From contig CAVUKB010000005.1 of the NCBI GenBank assembly GCA_963741955.1, positions 32,001 through 96,000 of the forward strand: a stretch of 64,000 bases of DNA, written 5' to 3'. How positions within the stretch are numbered: position 1 is the first letter of the stretch; every line of letters starts with the position of its first letter. The notes below the pieces were generated by a model that saw nothing but the letters and a program-made list of their open reading frames with translations, had not been told where the DNA came from and searched no databases. Both the position numbers and the translations under genes were made by a program. This document shows positions 38,382 through 48,867 of this stretch, one piece after another. The DNA is from an uncultured Acidobacteriota bacterium. Its GTDB lineage: Bacteria > Acidobacteriota > Thermoanaerobaculia > Gp7-AA8.

Positions 38382-40742
38382 GCTCGCGTGCGCGCCGAGA
38401 GGCGACGGATCCCGCCGAGGGCCGAGGGGTGCGGATCCCCGCCGAGGGGCGCGGATCCCGCCGAGGGGTGCGGATCCTCCGATTCGCCGCGCGAATCGTG
38501 TTGAGTACGGATCGAGACGATGCCTGTGGCAGAAGCGAAGCCGATCTACGTGACGCTCCGCGTGAAGCCGCAGGCGCGGTCTTCATCGCGTATGCCACGA
38601 TGTTCGCGGCGGATCAGAGGATCCGCACCCCCTGGTAGTGTCTCGCGTGCGCGCCGAGAGGCGACGGATCCCGCCGAGGGCCGAGGGGTGCGGATCCTCC
38701 GATCCGCCGCGCGAATCGTGTTGAGCACGGATCGAGACGATGCCTGTGGCAGAAGCGGAGCCGGTCTCTCTCGTGACGCTCCGCGTGACGCCGCAGGCAC
38801 GGTCTTCATCGCGTATGCCACGATGTTCGCGGCGGATCAGAGGATCCGCACCCCCCTGGCACTCTCTCGTGTGCCCGCCGAGGGGCGCGGATCCCGCCGA
38901 GGGGTGCGGATCCTCCGATCCGCCGCGTGAATCGTGTTGAGCACGGATCGAGACGATGCCTGTGGCAGAAGCGGAGCCGATCTCTCTCGTGACGCTCCGC
39001 GTGAAGCCGCAGGCACGGTCTTCATCGCGTATGCCACGATGTTCGCGGCGGATCAGAGGATCCGCACCCCCTGGTAGTGTCTCGCGTGCGCGCCGAGAGG
39101 CGACGGATCCCGCCGAGGGCCGAGGGGTGCGGATCCTCCGATCCGCCGCGCGAATCGTGTTGAGTACGGATCGAGACGATGCCTGTGGCAGAAGCGGAGC
39201 CGATCTACGTGACGCTCCGCGTGACGCCGCAGGCGCGGTCTTCATCGCGTATGCCACGATGTTCGCGGCGGATCAGAGGATCCGCACCCCCCTGTAGTGT
39301 CTCGCGTGCGCGCCGAGGGGCGCGGATCCTCCGATCCGCCGCGCGAATCGTGTTGAGTACGGATCGAGACGATGCCTGTGGCAGAAGCGAAGCCGATCTA
39401 CGTGACGCTCCGCGTGAAGCCGCAGGCGCGGTCTTCATCGCGTATGCCACGATGTTCGCGGCGGATCAGAGGATCCGCACCCCCTTGGCACTCTCTCGTG
39501 TGCCCGCCGAGGGGTGCGGATCCTCCGATCCGCCGCGTGAATCGTGTTGAGCACGGATCGAGACGATGCCTGTGGCAGAAGCGAAGCCGAGGTCTCTGGT
39601 GACGCTCCGCGTGAAGCCGCAGGCACGGTCTTCATCGCGTATGCCACGATGTTCGCGGCGGATCAGAGGATCCGCACCCCCCTGGCACTCTCTCGTGTGC
39701 CCGCCGAGGGGTGCGGATCCTCCGATCCGCCGCGCGAATCGTGTTGAGCACGGATCGAGACGATGCCTGTGGCAGAAGCGAAGCCGAGGTCTCTCGTGAC
39801 GCTCCGCGTGAAGCGGCAGGCGCGGTCTTCATCGCGTTTGCCACGATGTTCGCGGCGGATCAGAGGATCCGCACCCCCCTGTAGTGTCTCGCGTGCGCGC
39901 CGAGAGGCGACGGATCCCGCCGAGGGCCGAGGGGTGCGGATCCTCCGATTCGCCGCGCGAATCGTGTTGAGTACGGATCGAGACGATGCCTGTGGCAGAA
40001 GCGAAGGCGATCTACGTGACGCTCCGCGTGAAGCCGCAGGCACGGTCTTCATCGCGTATGCCACGATGTTCGCGGCGGATCAGAGGATCCGCACCCCCCT
40101 GGCACTCTCTCGTGTGTCCGCCGAGGGGTGCGGATCCTTCGATCCGCCGCGTGAATCGTGTTGAGCACGGATCGAGACGATGCCTGTGGCAGAAGCGAAG
40201 CCGATCTACGTGACGCTCCGCGTGAAGCCGCAGGCGCGGTCTTCATCGCGTATGCCACGATGTTCGCGGCGGATCAGAGGATCCGCACCCCCTGGTAGTG
40301 TCTCGCGTGCGCGCCGAGGGGCGCGGATCCCGCCGAGGGCCGAGGGGTGCGGATCCTCCGATCCGCCGCGCGAATCGTGTTGAGCACGGATCGAGACGAT
40401 GCCTGTGGCAGAAGCGGAGCCGATCTCTCTCGTGACGCTCCGCGTGAAGCCGCAGGCACGGTCTTCATCGCGTATGCCACGATGTTCGCGGCGGATCAGA
40501 GGATCCGCACCCCCTGGTAGTGTCTCGCGTGCGCGCCGAGAGGCGACGGATCCCGCCGAGGGCCGAGGGGTGCGGATCCTCCGATCCGCCGCGCGAATCG
40601 TGTTCAGTACGGATCGAGACGATGCCTGTGGCAGAAGCGAAGCCGAGGTCTCTGGTGACGCTCCGCGTGAAGCCGCAGGCGCGGTCTTCATCGCGTATGC
40701 CACGATGTTCGCGGCGGATCAGAGGATCCGCACCCCCCTGGC
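38382..40742. repeat. Tandem array of 11 REP-doublet units (193-223 bp), family 3
   Basis: Invariant ATGCCTGTGGCAGAAGCG at 38520, 38740, 38956, 39179, 39372, 39566, 39763, 39986, 40180, 40399 and 40622; units bounded by inverted GGGGTGCGGATCCTCCGATCCGCCGCG / CGCGGCGGATCAGAGGATCCGCACCCC. Confidence 0.97.
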
Positions 40743-40904
40743 GGGCTGGCGCCCGCGCGCCCCTCCACTTGCCTCGACGGACGCGCTCCCGCAGAATGCT
40801 CTCGACCGGAGGGCGACGACCGGTGGCACCTGCCTGGGGAATTGCTCGTGTTCCTGCGCGATTGTGCGTCACAGGCCGGCGCGTGGCGTCCGGATCAGGG
40901 GCCG

Positions 40905-41984
40905 ATGAAGTTCACAGACAAATTCCAGTACCTCCGATACCTCGTGGATCGCCACGGGATGAAGCCGATTTACGTCATCCTCGGCCTGACCTACGACTGC
41001 AACTCCTTCTGCCGGACCTGCTTCAACTGGGAGCAGCTGCGAAAGAACAAGGATCAGGAGCTGTCGCTCGATGAGCTGAAGAAGACGTTCGATTCCCTCG
41101 ACGATCTCCTCTTCGTGGTCATGAGCGGAGGAGAGCCGTTTCTCCGGCGGGACATCGACCAGGTCTGCGGTCATCTCGCCGAGCGCAATCACGCCAAGCA
41201 GATCACCATACCGACCGGCGGGATCACCAGTGACCTCATCGGTCGGCAGGTCGAGTCGATCGTCGACCGATGTCCGGAGACGCAGATCGTGGTCAACCTC
41301 TCGGTCGACCACGTCGGGGAGAAACACGACTGGCTGCGCGGCGTTCCGGGCAACTACGAAAAGCTGAAGAAGACTTACGCGAAGCTGATCGATCTCCGCG
41401 AAAAGCATGAGAACCTCACCGTAAACATGCACACGTGCCTGTGCACGTACAACGCGGACGACCTCGACCAGTTCACCGAGGCGATCAAGACGACGTTCCC
41501 CGAGATCAGCTTCCATTCATTCGAGATGCTTCGCGGCGACCAGCCGGACAAGAACATCCAGCCGATCTCGACCGAGCGCTACCGGGAGATCCTCCCGAAG
41601 CTCGAGGCGTACTGGAGCACGTATCCGAAGTACGACGGATTCCTCAAGTTCGTGAAGGTGTATTCGCGGCAGATCGAGCTTCAGGTACTGGAGCAGGAGA
41701 CCCAGGTGACGCCCTGTTACGCCGGGACGATCTCGGGCGTGGTCGACGCGCGCGGCGAGGTACGGATGTGCGAGCTGCGCGAGCCGGTCGGGAATGTCCG
41801 TGACACCGACTACGACTTCGGAAAGCTCTGGTTCTCCGCGGAGGCCGACCGGCAGAGGAAGTCGATCGCGGCGAAAGAATGCTGGTGCACGCACTCCTGC
41901 TTCATGTCGTCGTCTCTGGTGTTCCAGATGCGCACCTGGGGAGCGTTCTTCCGCTCCACCGTCGTAAACTTCCTCGCGGCATGA
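40905..41984 (+). CDS. Radical SAM protein with SPASM/twitch domain
   Basis: CNSFCRTC, 'SGGEPF', 'PCYAG...MCE...ECWCTHSC'. Confidence 0.9.
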   Translation: MKFTDKFQYLRYLVDRHGMKPIYVILGLTYDCNSFCRTCFNWEQLRKNKDQELSLDELKKTFDSLDDLLFVVMSGGEPFLRRDIDQVCGHLAERNHAKQITIPTGGITSDLIGRQVESIVDRCPETQIVVNLSVDHVGEKHDWLRGVPGNYEKLKKTYAKLIDLREKHENLTVNMHTCLCTYNADDLDQFTEAIKTTFPEISFHSFEMLRGDQPDKNIQPISTERYREILPKLEAYWSTYPKYDGFLKFVKVYSRQIELQVLEQETQVTPCYAGTISGVVDARGEVRMCELREPVGNVRDTDYDFGKLWFSAEADRQRKSIAAKECWCTHSCFMSSSLVFQMRTWGAFFRSTVVNFLAA

Positions 41985-43255
41985 GAATCGCCGTCGTCGG
42001 TCCGGTCTATCCTTACCGGGCCGGAATCGCCTACTGCACCACGGCACTCGCGGAGGAGCTCGCGCGCGAGCACGAGATCGGAGTGTTTTCGTTCCGGCGC
42101 CAGTTTCCGCGGAGGTTCTATCCGGGAGGTGACGATCGCGACGAGACGCTCGCGGCGAAGACGCCTGCGGGGGCGCACTTCCGGCTCGACATCCTGAGTC
42201 CCTTCACCTGGATCCGGGAAGGTCTCGCGATCCGTCGCTGGAGGCCCGACACGCTGATCCTCGTCTGGTGGATCTGGGTCTGGGCGATTCCGTACCTCGT
42301 CATTCGCGCACTCGCTGGAAGAAATGTGCGCGTCGTGCTTCAGTGTCACAACGTTTCCGACAAGGAGCCTGCGTGGTGGAAGACGATGCTGAGCAATGCC
42401 GTGCTGCGACGTGCGGACGCTCTCGTCGTGCACGCCCGGAGCGAAGAGGAAGAGCTCGTGCGTCGGATCGGCCATCCGGAGCGCGTGGTGCGAACGTTTC
42501 TCCCGGTGCACGCGTTGGGCGGGGCCGCGCCTTCACGTGGCGACGCGCGAAAGCGGCTCGGAATCCTGGAGCAAACCCCGGTTCCAATCGAGAAGAGAGA
42601 CCGAGTTCCAATCGAGGAGCGATCCGTGTGGGCCGACCGTCCCGGTCGGCACGAGGCGCGAAGCGCCGAGACCACCGACTCGCGCTCGCAGCCGGCCGAC
42701 CGAGACGCTCGCGTTCCCCGGGTTGCCCTCTTCTTCGGTCACGTCCGCCCGTTCAAGGGTCTCGACATCGCGCTCCGCGCGTGGGCGAAGCTGCGCACGG
42801 ATGTCCTTCTTCTCGTCGCGGGGGAGGTATGGTGGAACGACGAGAGCCGCTACCGTGATCTCGTGCGCGAGCTCGGCATCGAGGATCACGTCCGTCTCGA
42901 GTTCCGATTCATCCCCGATGCGGAGATCGCGACGTACTTCGCCGCGTGCGACGTGGTCGTCGCTCCGTATCGAGCCGAGGCGCAGAGCGGTGTCGCCATG
43001 ACGGCGTTCCACTTCGGGCGCCCGATCATCGCGACGCGGGTCGGAGGGATACCGGAGGTCGTGGAGGCGGGAGTGAACGGGATGCTCATTCCCCCGGAGG
43101 AGCCCGAGGCTCTGGCGATGGCCCTCGATCGCTTCTTTACTTCGGAGGACCGCGCCGCGATGGAGGACGGCGCACGCACGTCGGCGGCACGCTACTCGTG
43201 GACCGAGTACGCGGGAGTGTTCCTCGGCGGCGCCCGCCATCAGCAATCCGGATAG
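41981..43255 (+). CDS. GT4 glycosyltransferase with an in-frame insertion of about 50 aa
   Basis: 'GPVYPYRAGIA', 'FFGHVRPFKG', 'QSGV', 'GGIPEVV'; ATGA overlap. Confidence 0.9.
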   Translation: MRIAVVGPVYPYRAGIAYCTTALAEELAREHEIGVFSFRRQFPRRFYPGGDDRDETLAAKTPAGAHFRLDILSPFTWIREGLAIRRWRPDTLILVWWIWVWAIPYLVIRALAGRNVRVVLQCHNVSDKEPAWWKTMLSNAVLRRADALVVHARSEEEELVRRIGHPERVVRTFLPVHALGGAAPSRGDARKRLGILEQTPVPIEKRDRVPIEERSVWADRPGRHEARSAETTDSRSQPADRDARVPRVALFFGHVRPFKGLDIALRAWAKLRTDVLLLVAGEVWWNDESRYRDLVRELGIEDHVRLEFRFIPDAEIATYFAACDVVVAPYRAEAQSGVAMTAFHFGRPIIATRVGGIPEVVEAGVNGMLIPPEEPEALAMALDRFFTSEDRAAMEDGARTSAARYSWTEYAGVFLGGARHQQSG

Positions 43256-43294
43256 TCATCCGTCTCGTCGTCTACCAAGCGAAGGCCGCACCTC

Positions 43295-43715
43295 TCGCGC
43301 CGCCGTCCCTCGCCCCGTCCGGGGTCAAGTCTTCAGCCGACACACGCCCTTCGGTGAGAGGGGAGGCTGAAGGGCAACCCCGGGAGTCCCTCGCTGGCGC
43401 GGCGGTCACGCCGCGTGCAGAACGTTTCGTTGGCGCGACGGCTTCGGTCTCGCGGGCACGCGTCGCGCCCGCCTCGATTTTCGCGAGGGGCAATATGAAA
43501 TTGCGCATCGTGCGCGCGAACCCAGGGTTCCGGCGCGGAGCGCCTTCACCCTGGGCTACTGTCGGTCGTGCCTTCGGCACTGAGGGCGGCGCGAGTGGAG
43601 TGAGTCGCGCTTCGCGGTTGCGTCGAGATTCGAGCAGGCGCGTTCCGGGCGTGGCTGTGCGGCGTTTCGGTGGTGGCACTGGGGGCGGCGCGAGAGTGAA
43701 CCCAGGGTTCCGGGC
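43295..43715. repeat. Degenerate REP-like palindromes between convergent genes
   Basis: GAACCCAGGGTTCCGG twice (43518, ~43698), CACCCTGGGCTA, GCCCCGTCCGGGGT, GTGCCTTCGGCAC. Confidence 0.6.
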
Positions 43716-43716
43716 A

Positions 43717-44499
43717 TCAGGTCCGTCGACCGATCCAGATGAGATCTCGGGACGTGGCCTCGTCGAACGGCGTGCCGTCGAATGCGCCGAGCACTTCGTC
43801 TTCCTTGATCCCGTGGCCGCCGAAGATGTGGGCGATGTCGCTGCGCGTCCACGCGTGGAGGTCGACGCGCTTCGAGGCGATCACCTCGATGGGAGGATCG
43901 GCATCTGGCTTCAGGCGGAGCGTGGTCGGGAAGAAGCGCAGCTGTCCCTCATCGTCCGGGAGCGTGGTCACGCGGAGAAAAACGATCTCCGCATCGGGAT
44001 CGTCCGGGTCACTGCGCACGTTCACCGGGAGTGCGCGCTCGTTCTGCGCGACCATCCGGCGGTAGTTGAGGATCTGGAGAAGAAAACGGGCGCTGCGGTC
44101 GAGCTTTTCTCCAAGACCTTTCGCCAGCGATTCGAGATCGCCCACGGCGGTGAGATGCGGAAGGACGTTCCCGAGACAGATTGCGCCGCCGAACGTCCCG
44201 TCGACGAGCGCGCCGAGATTGCGAAAGTCGCCGTGGACGAATCTCACGTTCTCCGGCACCGCCTCTTCATTCGCCATCTCCATCATCGCTTCCGAGGCGT
44301 CGACCCCGGTCACGTCGAATCCACGCGAGGCGAGGAAGCGCGCATGATCGCCAGGTCCGGAGCCGAGGTCGAGGATCCGGTCGGAGGGGCCGCTGCCGAG
44401 GATCCGTTCGAGAAGGGGGGCCTCGCGCTGAATGCGTGCCGGCCAGGCAATGAGGTGACGGTACTGGACTCTTGAATAGCGGTCGTCGCGGTCGCTCAT
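43717..44499 (-). CDS. Class I SAM-dependent methyltransferase
   Basis: 'ILDLGSGPGDH', 'GVDAS', 'CLGNVLPHL'. Confidence 0.88.
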   Translation of the reverse strand: MSDRDDRYSRVQYRHLIAWPARIQREAPLLERILGSGPSDRILDLGSGPGDHARFLASRGFDVTGVDASEAMMEMANEEAVPENVRFVHGDFRNLGALVDGTFGGAICLGNVLPHLTAVGDLESLAKGLGEKLDRSARFLLQILNYRRMVAQNERALPVNVRSDPDDPDAEIVFLRVTTLPDDEGQLRFFPTTLRLKPDADPPIEVIASKRVDLHAWTRSDIAHIFGGHGIKEDEVLGAFDGTPFDEATSRDLIWIGRRT

Positions 44500-44545
44500 G
44501 CAGTGGATTGTATCGTGGAGGTGCAGCGTGAGGTGGGCCACGCCT

Positions 44546-45121
44546 TCAGGTCCGCTTCAACCACCCGAGCACCACCTCTACCGCCTTTCGGTCGCCATCC
44601 ACGATTCCTGCGAGTGATCGCCAGGTGGTGAACTCGACGGCATGGCGGAGGGTGGCGCCTCGCTGACGGTTCCGGCGGCTCCAGAGGCTCTCCAGACCGT
44701 CGGCATACGCAGCGAGATACCCGAGCAGAGGCTCCATCATCGGGCGGATCGACGGGAGGTGCTCGGCATCGGCTGAGATGCTGGCGAGCATTTTCTGATT
44801 CTCGCGGAACCACTGGTAGAGAAGGAGGATGGCTCTTCGCGCCGCGGGGAGCGGGGCAGACGTGTCCGGCGAGGGAAGGGGAGGAGCGGGATTCATTTCC
44901 GCCCAAAGTGACGAGCATGCGGTGAACATCGCCGTCTCGTCGGGAAAATGACGGTAGACGGTGAGCCGTTCGACTCCGGCGCGCTCGGCGACTGCACTGA
45001 TGGTGGTCCGTGCCGGTCCGATCTCCTCGTGCAGTTCGACCAGCGCTTCCACGATCCGGCGCCGCGTCCGCTCCTCGGCTTCGGCACGGCGGAGCTTGGT
45101 GTAGCTTCGTTTGACTGCCAT
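44546..45121 (-). CDS. TetR/AcrR-family regulator
   Basis: 'TTISAVAERAGVERLTVYRHFP'. Confidence 0.93.
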   Translation of the reverse strand: MAVKRSYTKLRRAEAEERTRRRIVEALVELHEEIGPARTTISAVAERAGVERLTVYRHFPDETAMFTACSSLWAEMNPAPPLPSPDTSAPLPAARRAILLLYQWFRENQKMLASISADAEHLPSIRPMMEPLLGYLAAYADGLESLWSRRNRQRGATLRHAVEFTTWRSLAGIVDGDRKAVEVVLGWLKRT

Positions 45122-45142
45122 CGCGTCGATGATCGTATCACA

Positions 45143-45198
45143 AAACAGGGCTGTTTACCTAAATGCAGGTTGACCGGCCGCGACCCGACGCGTATATT
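45143..45198 (+). promoter_or_regulatory. Candidate TetR operator (AAACAG-GG-CTGTTT, 45143-56) and sigma70 promoter TTGACC-N17-TATATT (45170-98)
   Basis: Palindrome and correctly spaced -35/-10 in the divergent intergenic region. Confidence 0.55.
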
Positions 45199-45236
45199 CG
45201 ATGAACAACAGTGATCTATGAAATGAGGAGGCTGAG

Positions 45237-45959
45237 ATGATCACCAATCGAGAAATGGGAACCAGCATTCAGGAGATCGCCGACGGGACTTACCGCATCA
45301 ATACGCCGGTGGAGATTCCCGGAGGAGCGTTCTCCTTCAACCAGTACCTCGTGCGCGACGAGCAACCGCTTCTGTTCCACACCGGCCCCCGAAAGCTCTT
45401 CCCGCTGGTGCGCGAAGCGGTGGCGTCGGTGCTTCCTCCGGAGTCAATTCGATGGATCGCCTTCTCTCACGTGGAAGCCGACGAGTGCGGATCGCTCAAC
45501 GAATGGCTGGCCACCGCGCCCGAGGCGGCACCTCTCTGCAGCGGAATCGCGGCGATGGTGTCCATAGGAGACCTGGCGGACCGTGAGCCGCGTCCGATGA
45601 CGGACGGCGAGACGCTTTCCACGGGACGCCGCACGTTCCGCTGGTTCGACGCTCCGCATCTTCCGCACGGCTGGGACTGCGGATATCTCGGCGACGAGTC
45701 GACCAGGACCCTCTTCTGCGGAGATCTCTTCACCCAGCCGGGAAAAGGGGAGATCGCGTCGACCGAGGCCGACATTCTCGGACCCAGCGAAGCGATGCGC
45801 CAGCAGCTCGATTACTACTCTCACAGCCGAAACGCTCGCGACCTCATCGACAAGCTCGCTGCGTTCGAGCCGTCCACGCTCGCATGCATGCATGGAAGCG
45901 CATGGAAAGGAGACGGGGCCGCACTGCTGCGAGAGCTCGGTCAGGCGCTCGGAGTATGA
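45237..45959 (+). CDS. MBL-fold di-iron protein (FprA/ODP-like, no flavodoxin domain)
   Basis: 'FNQYL', 'SHVEADECG', 'HLPHGW', 'LFCGDLF', 'MHGS'. Confidence 0.85.
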   Translation: MITNREMGTSIQEIADGTYRINTPVEIPGGAFSFNQYLVRDEQPLLFHTGPRKLFPLVREAVASVLPPESIRWIAFSHVEADECGSLNEWLATAPEAAPLCSGIAAMVSIGDLADREPRPMTDGETLSTGRRTFRWFDAPHLPHGWDCGYLGDESTRTLFCGDLFTQPGKGEIASTEADILGPSEAMRQQLDYYSHSRNARDLIDKLAAFEPSTLACMHGSAWKGDGAALLRELGQALGV

Positions 45960-46068
45960 GAGCCGACTGAACAGTGGGTACGCGGAGCGTTGTTTCGAAC
46001 GGGAGCGGTTTCGGAGGGATCGCTCCTCGTTCGAGCCATCCTTCAATCGCCTCTCCTTTGCCCGCCGT

Positions 46069-47937
46069 TCAGATCAGGCGCTTCGTGCGGAGCGTCACGG
46101 TCAGCGTATCCGATCCACGGCGAATGGTGAGGGTCACGTTCTCGCCGGGGATTCTGAGGATCGAGCGGATCTCGTCCAGACTCATCGACGCGACCGGCTT
46201 TCCGCGGACGGCGGTGATCTCGTCGCCGACCCGGATCCCCGCCTCCGCGGCGGGCGAGGGCTCGAGCACGTTCCGCACCACCGCCCGGTCGAAGCTCGCA
46301 TCCGCGGCGACGAGGAGCATCCCGCTCATGTCGTACTCGAACGGTCGGGAAATCTGGTCGTTCGGCCGGAGGAGAAGTCGCTTGTGCGGGTAATCGACGA
46401 AGAGGGTGAATCTTCGCAGTACCTCGCCCCCGATCGCGCCGTCGAGATCCGGATTCGCGTTCGCCCCGGCCGTGTCCTGAGAGAAGCTTGTAATGGGGCT
46501 CGTGACGGTCCACGGACCGAGATGGATCGCGGAGATGCGCCCGAGCAGCTGGTGGGTCAGACCGCCGACGCCCATCCCGAGGGGAGCGTCGATCGTGTGG
46601 GGAATCGATGCGAGAAGGTGCTGTGATTCTATGTACGGGCGATTCAACGAGACCGCGCCGCGGTCGCCGGTATCGACGAGCATCCGCGCATCGAGAGAGC
46701 GGCCGTCCGGCAGGTCGAGCGTGGCGTGGATCACCGGGGTGTTGGCGTCGAATTCGACCGGGAATGCTCTGGCGCCATCCGGCGGCGTGAATGTGGAGGG
46801 GTCGTGCAAACGGATCACCCGGTCGCCATATGCGATCTCCACCACGAAATGACTGACCACGTTGTAGCCGAGGATCCCCTGGAGCGGACGTCCTTCTCGC
46901 AAGGCGAGTGAGGTCAAAGGAATGGCGAAGATCCCATCCAGCGGGAGCTCGACGTCTCCCACACGGACGGACGCCCCCTCGATCGTGGCCATCTCCATAG
47001 AACCCGAGCCCGCACCTCGGGCCTCGAGTGATCCTTTCATCGTCATCCCCAGCGATTCGGCACGCTCCCTGTCGATCACCGTCATGTCTGCCCCGGTATC
47101 GAGGAGAAACGAGGACGATTCTCCGCCGTTCACGCGAACGGGGAGATAGATGTGATTCTGAGTCAGCTCCATCGGTACGGTGGCCGGGGAGTGCTTCAGC
47201 CATCGTACCGGAGAGGGCCCTTCCTCGGGCTCGGTGAAGATATTGTCGGCGAGCTTCGGATTGATCTCGGTGGTCTGGTACCGGATCACGACGTCGTATT
47301 TCGGATCGCCGGTCGACTGCCGCACTTCGAGCGGGAGTTGAATCCCGTCGGCGGTGGTCCAGGAGAGATAGCTCGTCCGGACAACGCGATCGCGGTCGCT
47401 CTGCTCGGTGAACGTGGGAAGACAGCTCGCCTTATCGATGTGTACAGTGACCGGGCGTCCTCCTTCGGGCTCGAGTCGAAGCACGCTCTCACCGCTGGCG
47501 GAACCGTCGACCGGCGTCACCGTTCCCGGCATCCGATCGGGAAAGAAGAGGGAGCCGGAATCGATCCAGGCTTCGGAGACGAGGCGGCGGAGGTCGCTCT
47601 CCCCGAGCTCATGGGAAGGAGCGCTCCCCTCGCGAGCCCAACCCTTGTTCCGGTCGAGCACCTCCGTCGCCGAGTACACCCCGAGATCGACGGACGAACG
47701 GGAACGGCCGGTCGAATCGGTCCAGCTCTCGGTTGTCCCTTGCAGCCCCCCGGTCTCGATCACTCCCGTGCGATGGATGCTCCGAACGGTGGCGAGGCGG
47801 GCGCGCCCGCCGAGAGCATGCGCCCAGCACTCGACCGGCGACTGGGGTTTCGTCACTGCAGGCGCGGACGTCGCCGGGAACGCCGAGAACACGAAGACGG
47901 CCGAAATGGTGGCGAAGATAATGCGATTGCGCTTCAT
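46069..47937 (-). CDS. Secreted protein with two aspartyl-protease domains and a C-terminal PDZ
   Basis: Signal peptide; 'LLDTGA' and 'LVDTGD'; 'SPAAEAGIRVGDEI'. Confidence 0.88.
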   Translation of the reverse strand: MKRNRIIFATISAVFVFSAFPATSAPAVTKPQSPVECWAHALGGRARLATVRSIHRTGVIETGGLQGTTESWTDSTGRSRSSVDLGVYSATEVLDRNKGWAREGSAPSHELGESDLRRLVSEAWIDSGSLFFPDRMPGTVTPVDGSASGESVLRLEPEGGRPVTVHIDKASCLPTFTEQSDRDRVVRTSYLSWTTADGIQLPLEVRQSTGDPKYDVVIRYQTTEINPKLADNIFTEPEEGPSPVRWLKHSPATVPMELTQNHIYLPVRVNGGESSSFLLDTGADMTVIDRERAESLGMTMKGSLEARGAGSGSMEMATIEGASVRVGDVELPLDGIFAIPLTSLALREGRPLQGILGYNVVSHFVVEIAYGDRVIRLHDPSTFTPPDGARAFPVEFDANTPVIHATLDLPDGRSLDARMLVDTGDRGAVSLNRPYIESQHLLASIPHTIDAPLGMGVGGLTHQLLGRISAIHLGPWTVTSPITSFSQDTAGANANPDLDGAIGGEVLRRFTLFVDYPHKRLLLRPNDQISRPFEYDMSGMLLVAADASFDRAVVRNVLEPSPAAEAGIRVGDEITAVRGKPVASMSLDEIRSILRIPGENVTLTIRRGSDTLTVTLRTKRLI

Positions 47938-48289
47938 GGTCCCTCCGACTCCAACAGAGTACGAATCGTACTCACCTACCACTACGGGGTTCGGAGGGAA
48001 TCGTTTCAACGGCCGTGAAAAACTGCGCAGCGACTCTCCGGTATTGTTCCGCAGTGGGAGTCCGTCCGGTTCCCGGGGAATCAACGCCGCTACGCGACTC
48101 GAATCCTCACGAACCGGGCCTTACAGTGTTTGCCCGCGACGGAGGTCGTTCCCGCGCATGCTCCCCGCCGCACGAGGGCGTGAGAAGGGACGGGTTCAGT
48201 GCCCTCGCCACTAACGAACGGTGAGGATCGTGAACGAAAGGTGGTAGCTGCGGGCTCTCCCTGGTCCGCATACTGGTAGGTGAGGAGCC

Positions 48290-48841
48290 ATGCAGGGGAA
48301 AGTCAAAGGCGTTCTCTTCCTCGATTACGTGCGGATGCTGCGCGCCGCGAAGGAGAACGACTGGTCGCTCTATTTCGAGCCGGAGGAGTTTCACTACCTC
48401 GAAGAACGGATCGACCCCAACTCGTGGTACCCGATGGACGTGTTCGAGCGTATGGGACTCGCGATTCTGGTGGAGGTCGCCGACCGGGATCTCGCAAAAG
48501 TCGAAGCGTGGGGAAGGGTCACGATCGACCAGTTGTACCAGCAGTTCCCCGATCTCTTCGTCGCGGGTGATCCGCGTGAATCGATCATGCGCTTCCAGAT
48601 TCTTCGCCAGGCGCTCTTCGACTATCCGGTCGCAGAGGTCGTCTCGGTACGGGACGGCTCCGCGCGGGTCGAGATTTTTTATGGGATGAGCGCCCCGGCG
48701 GAGGAGGCCGCGGTCCACCAGGCAGTCGGGTTCTTCGAAAGACTCATGGAGTGCTCCGGCGCACGGGAAGCCGAGGTTCAGATCGAACTGCGCGGATGGG
48801 AGAGCGGCGGAAAGACGCGTCTCGCATTGCGCTGGAGCTGA
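48290..48841 (+). CDS. Hypothetical protein (DUF2378/V4R-like)
   Basis: RBS GAGGAG; 'VKG', 'SWYPMDVF', C-terminal 'LRW'. Confidence 0.7.
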   Translation: MQGKVKGVLFLDYVRMLRAAKENDWSLYFEPEEFHYLEERIDPNSWYPMDVFERMGLAILVEVADRDLAKVEAWGRVTIDQLYQQFPDLFVAGDPRESIMRFQILRQALFDYPVAEVVSVRDGSARVEIFYGMSAPAEEAAVHQAVGFFERLMECSGAREAEVQIELRGWESGGKTRLALRWS

Positions 48842-48867
48842 TGAGGATCAGACGCCCGGAGCCGGTC

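Noticed and set aside
38347-40908. Repeated MPVAEA/MAYAMK ORFs as RiPP precursors for the adjacent radical SAM enzyme
   Set aside because: Unit lengths are mostly not multiples of 3, ORF ends vary, and conservation follows DNA palindromes rather than codons
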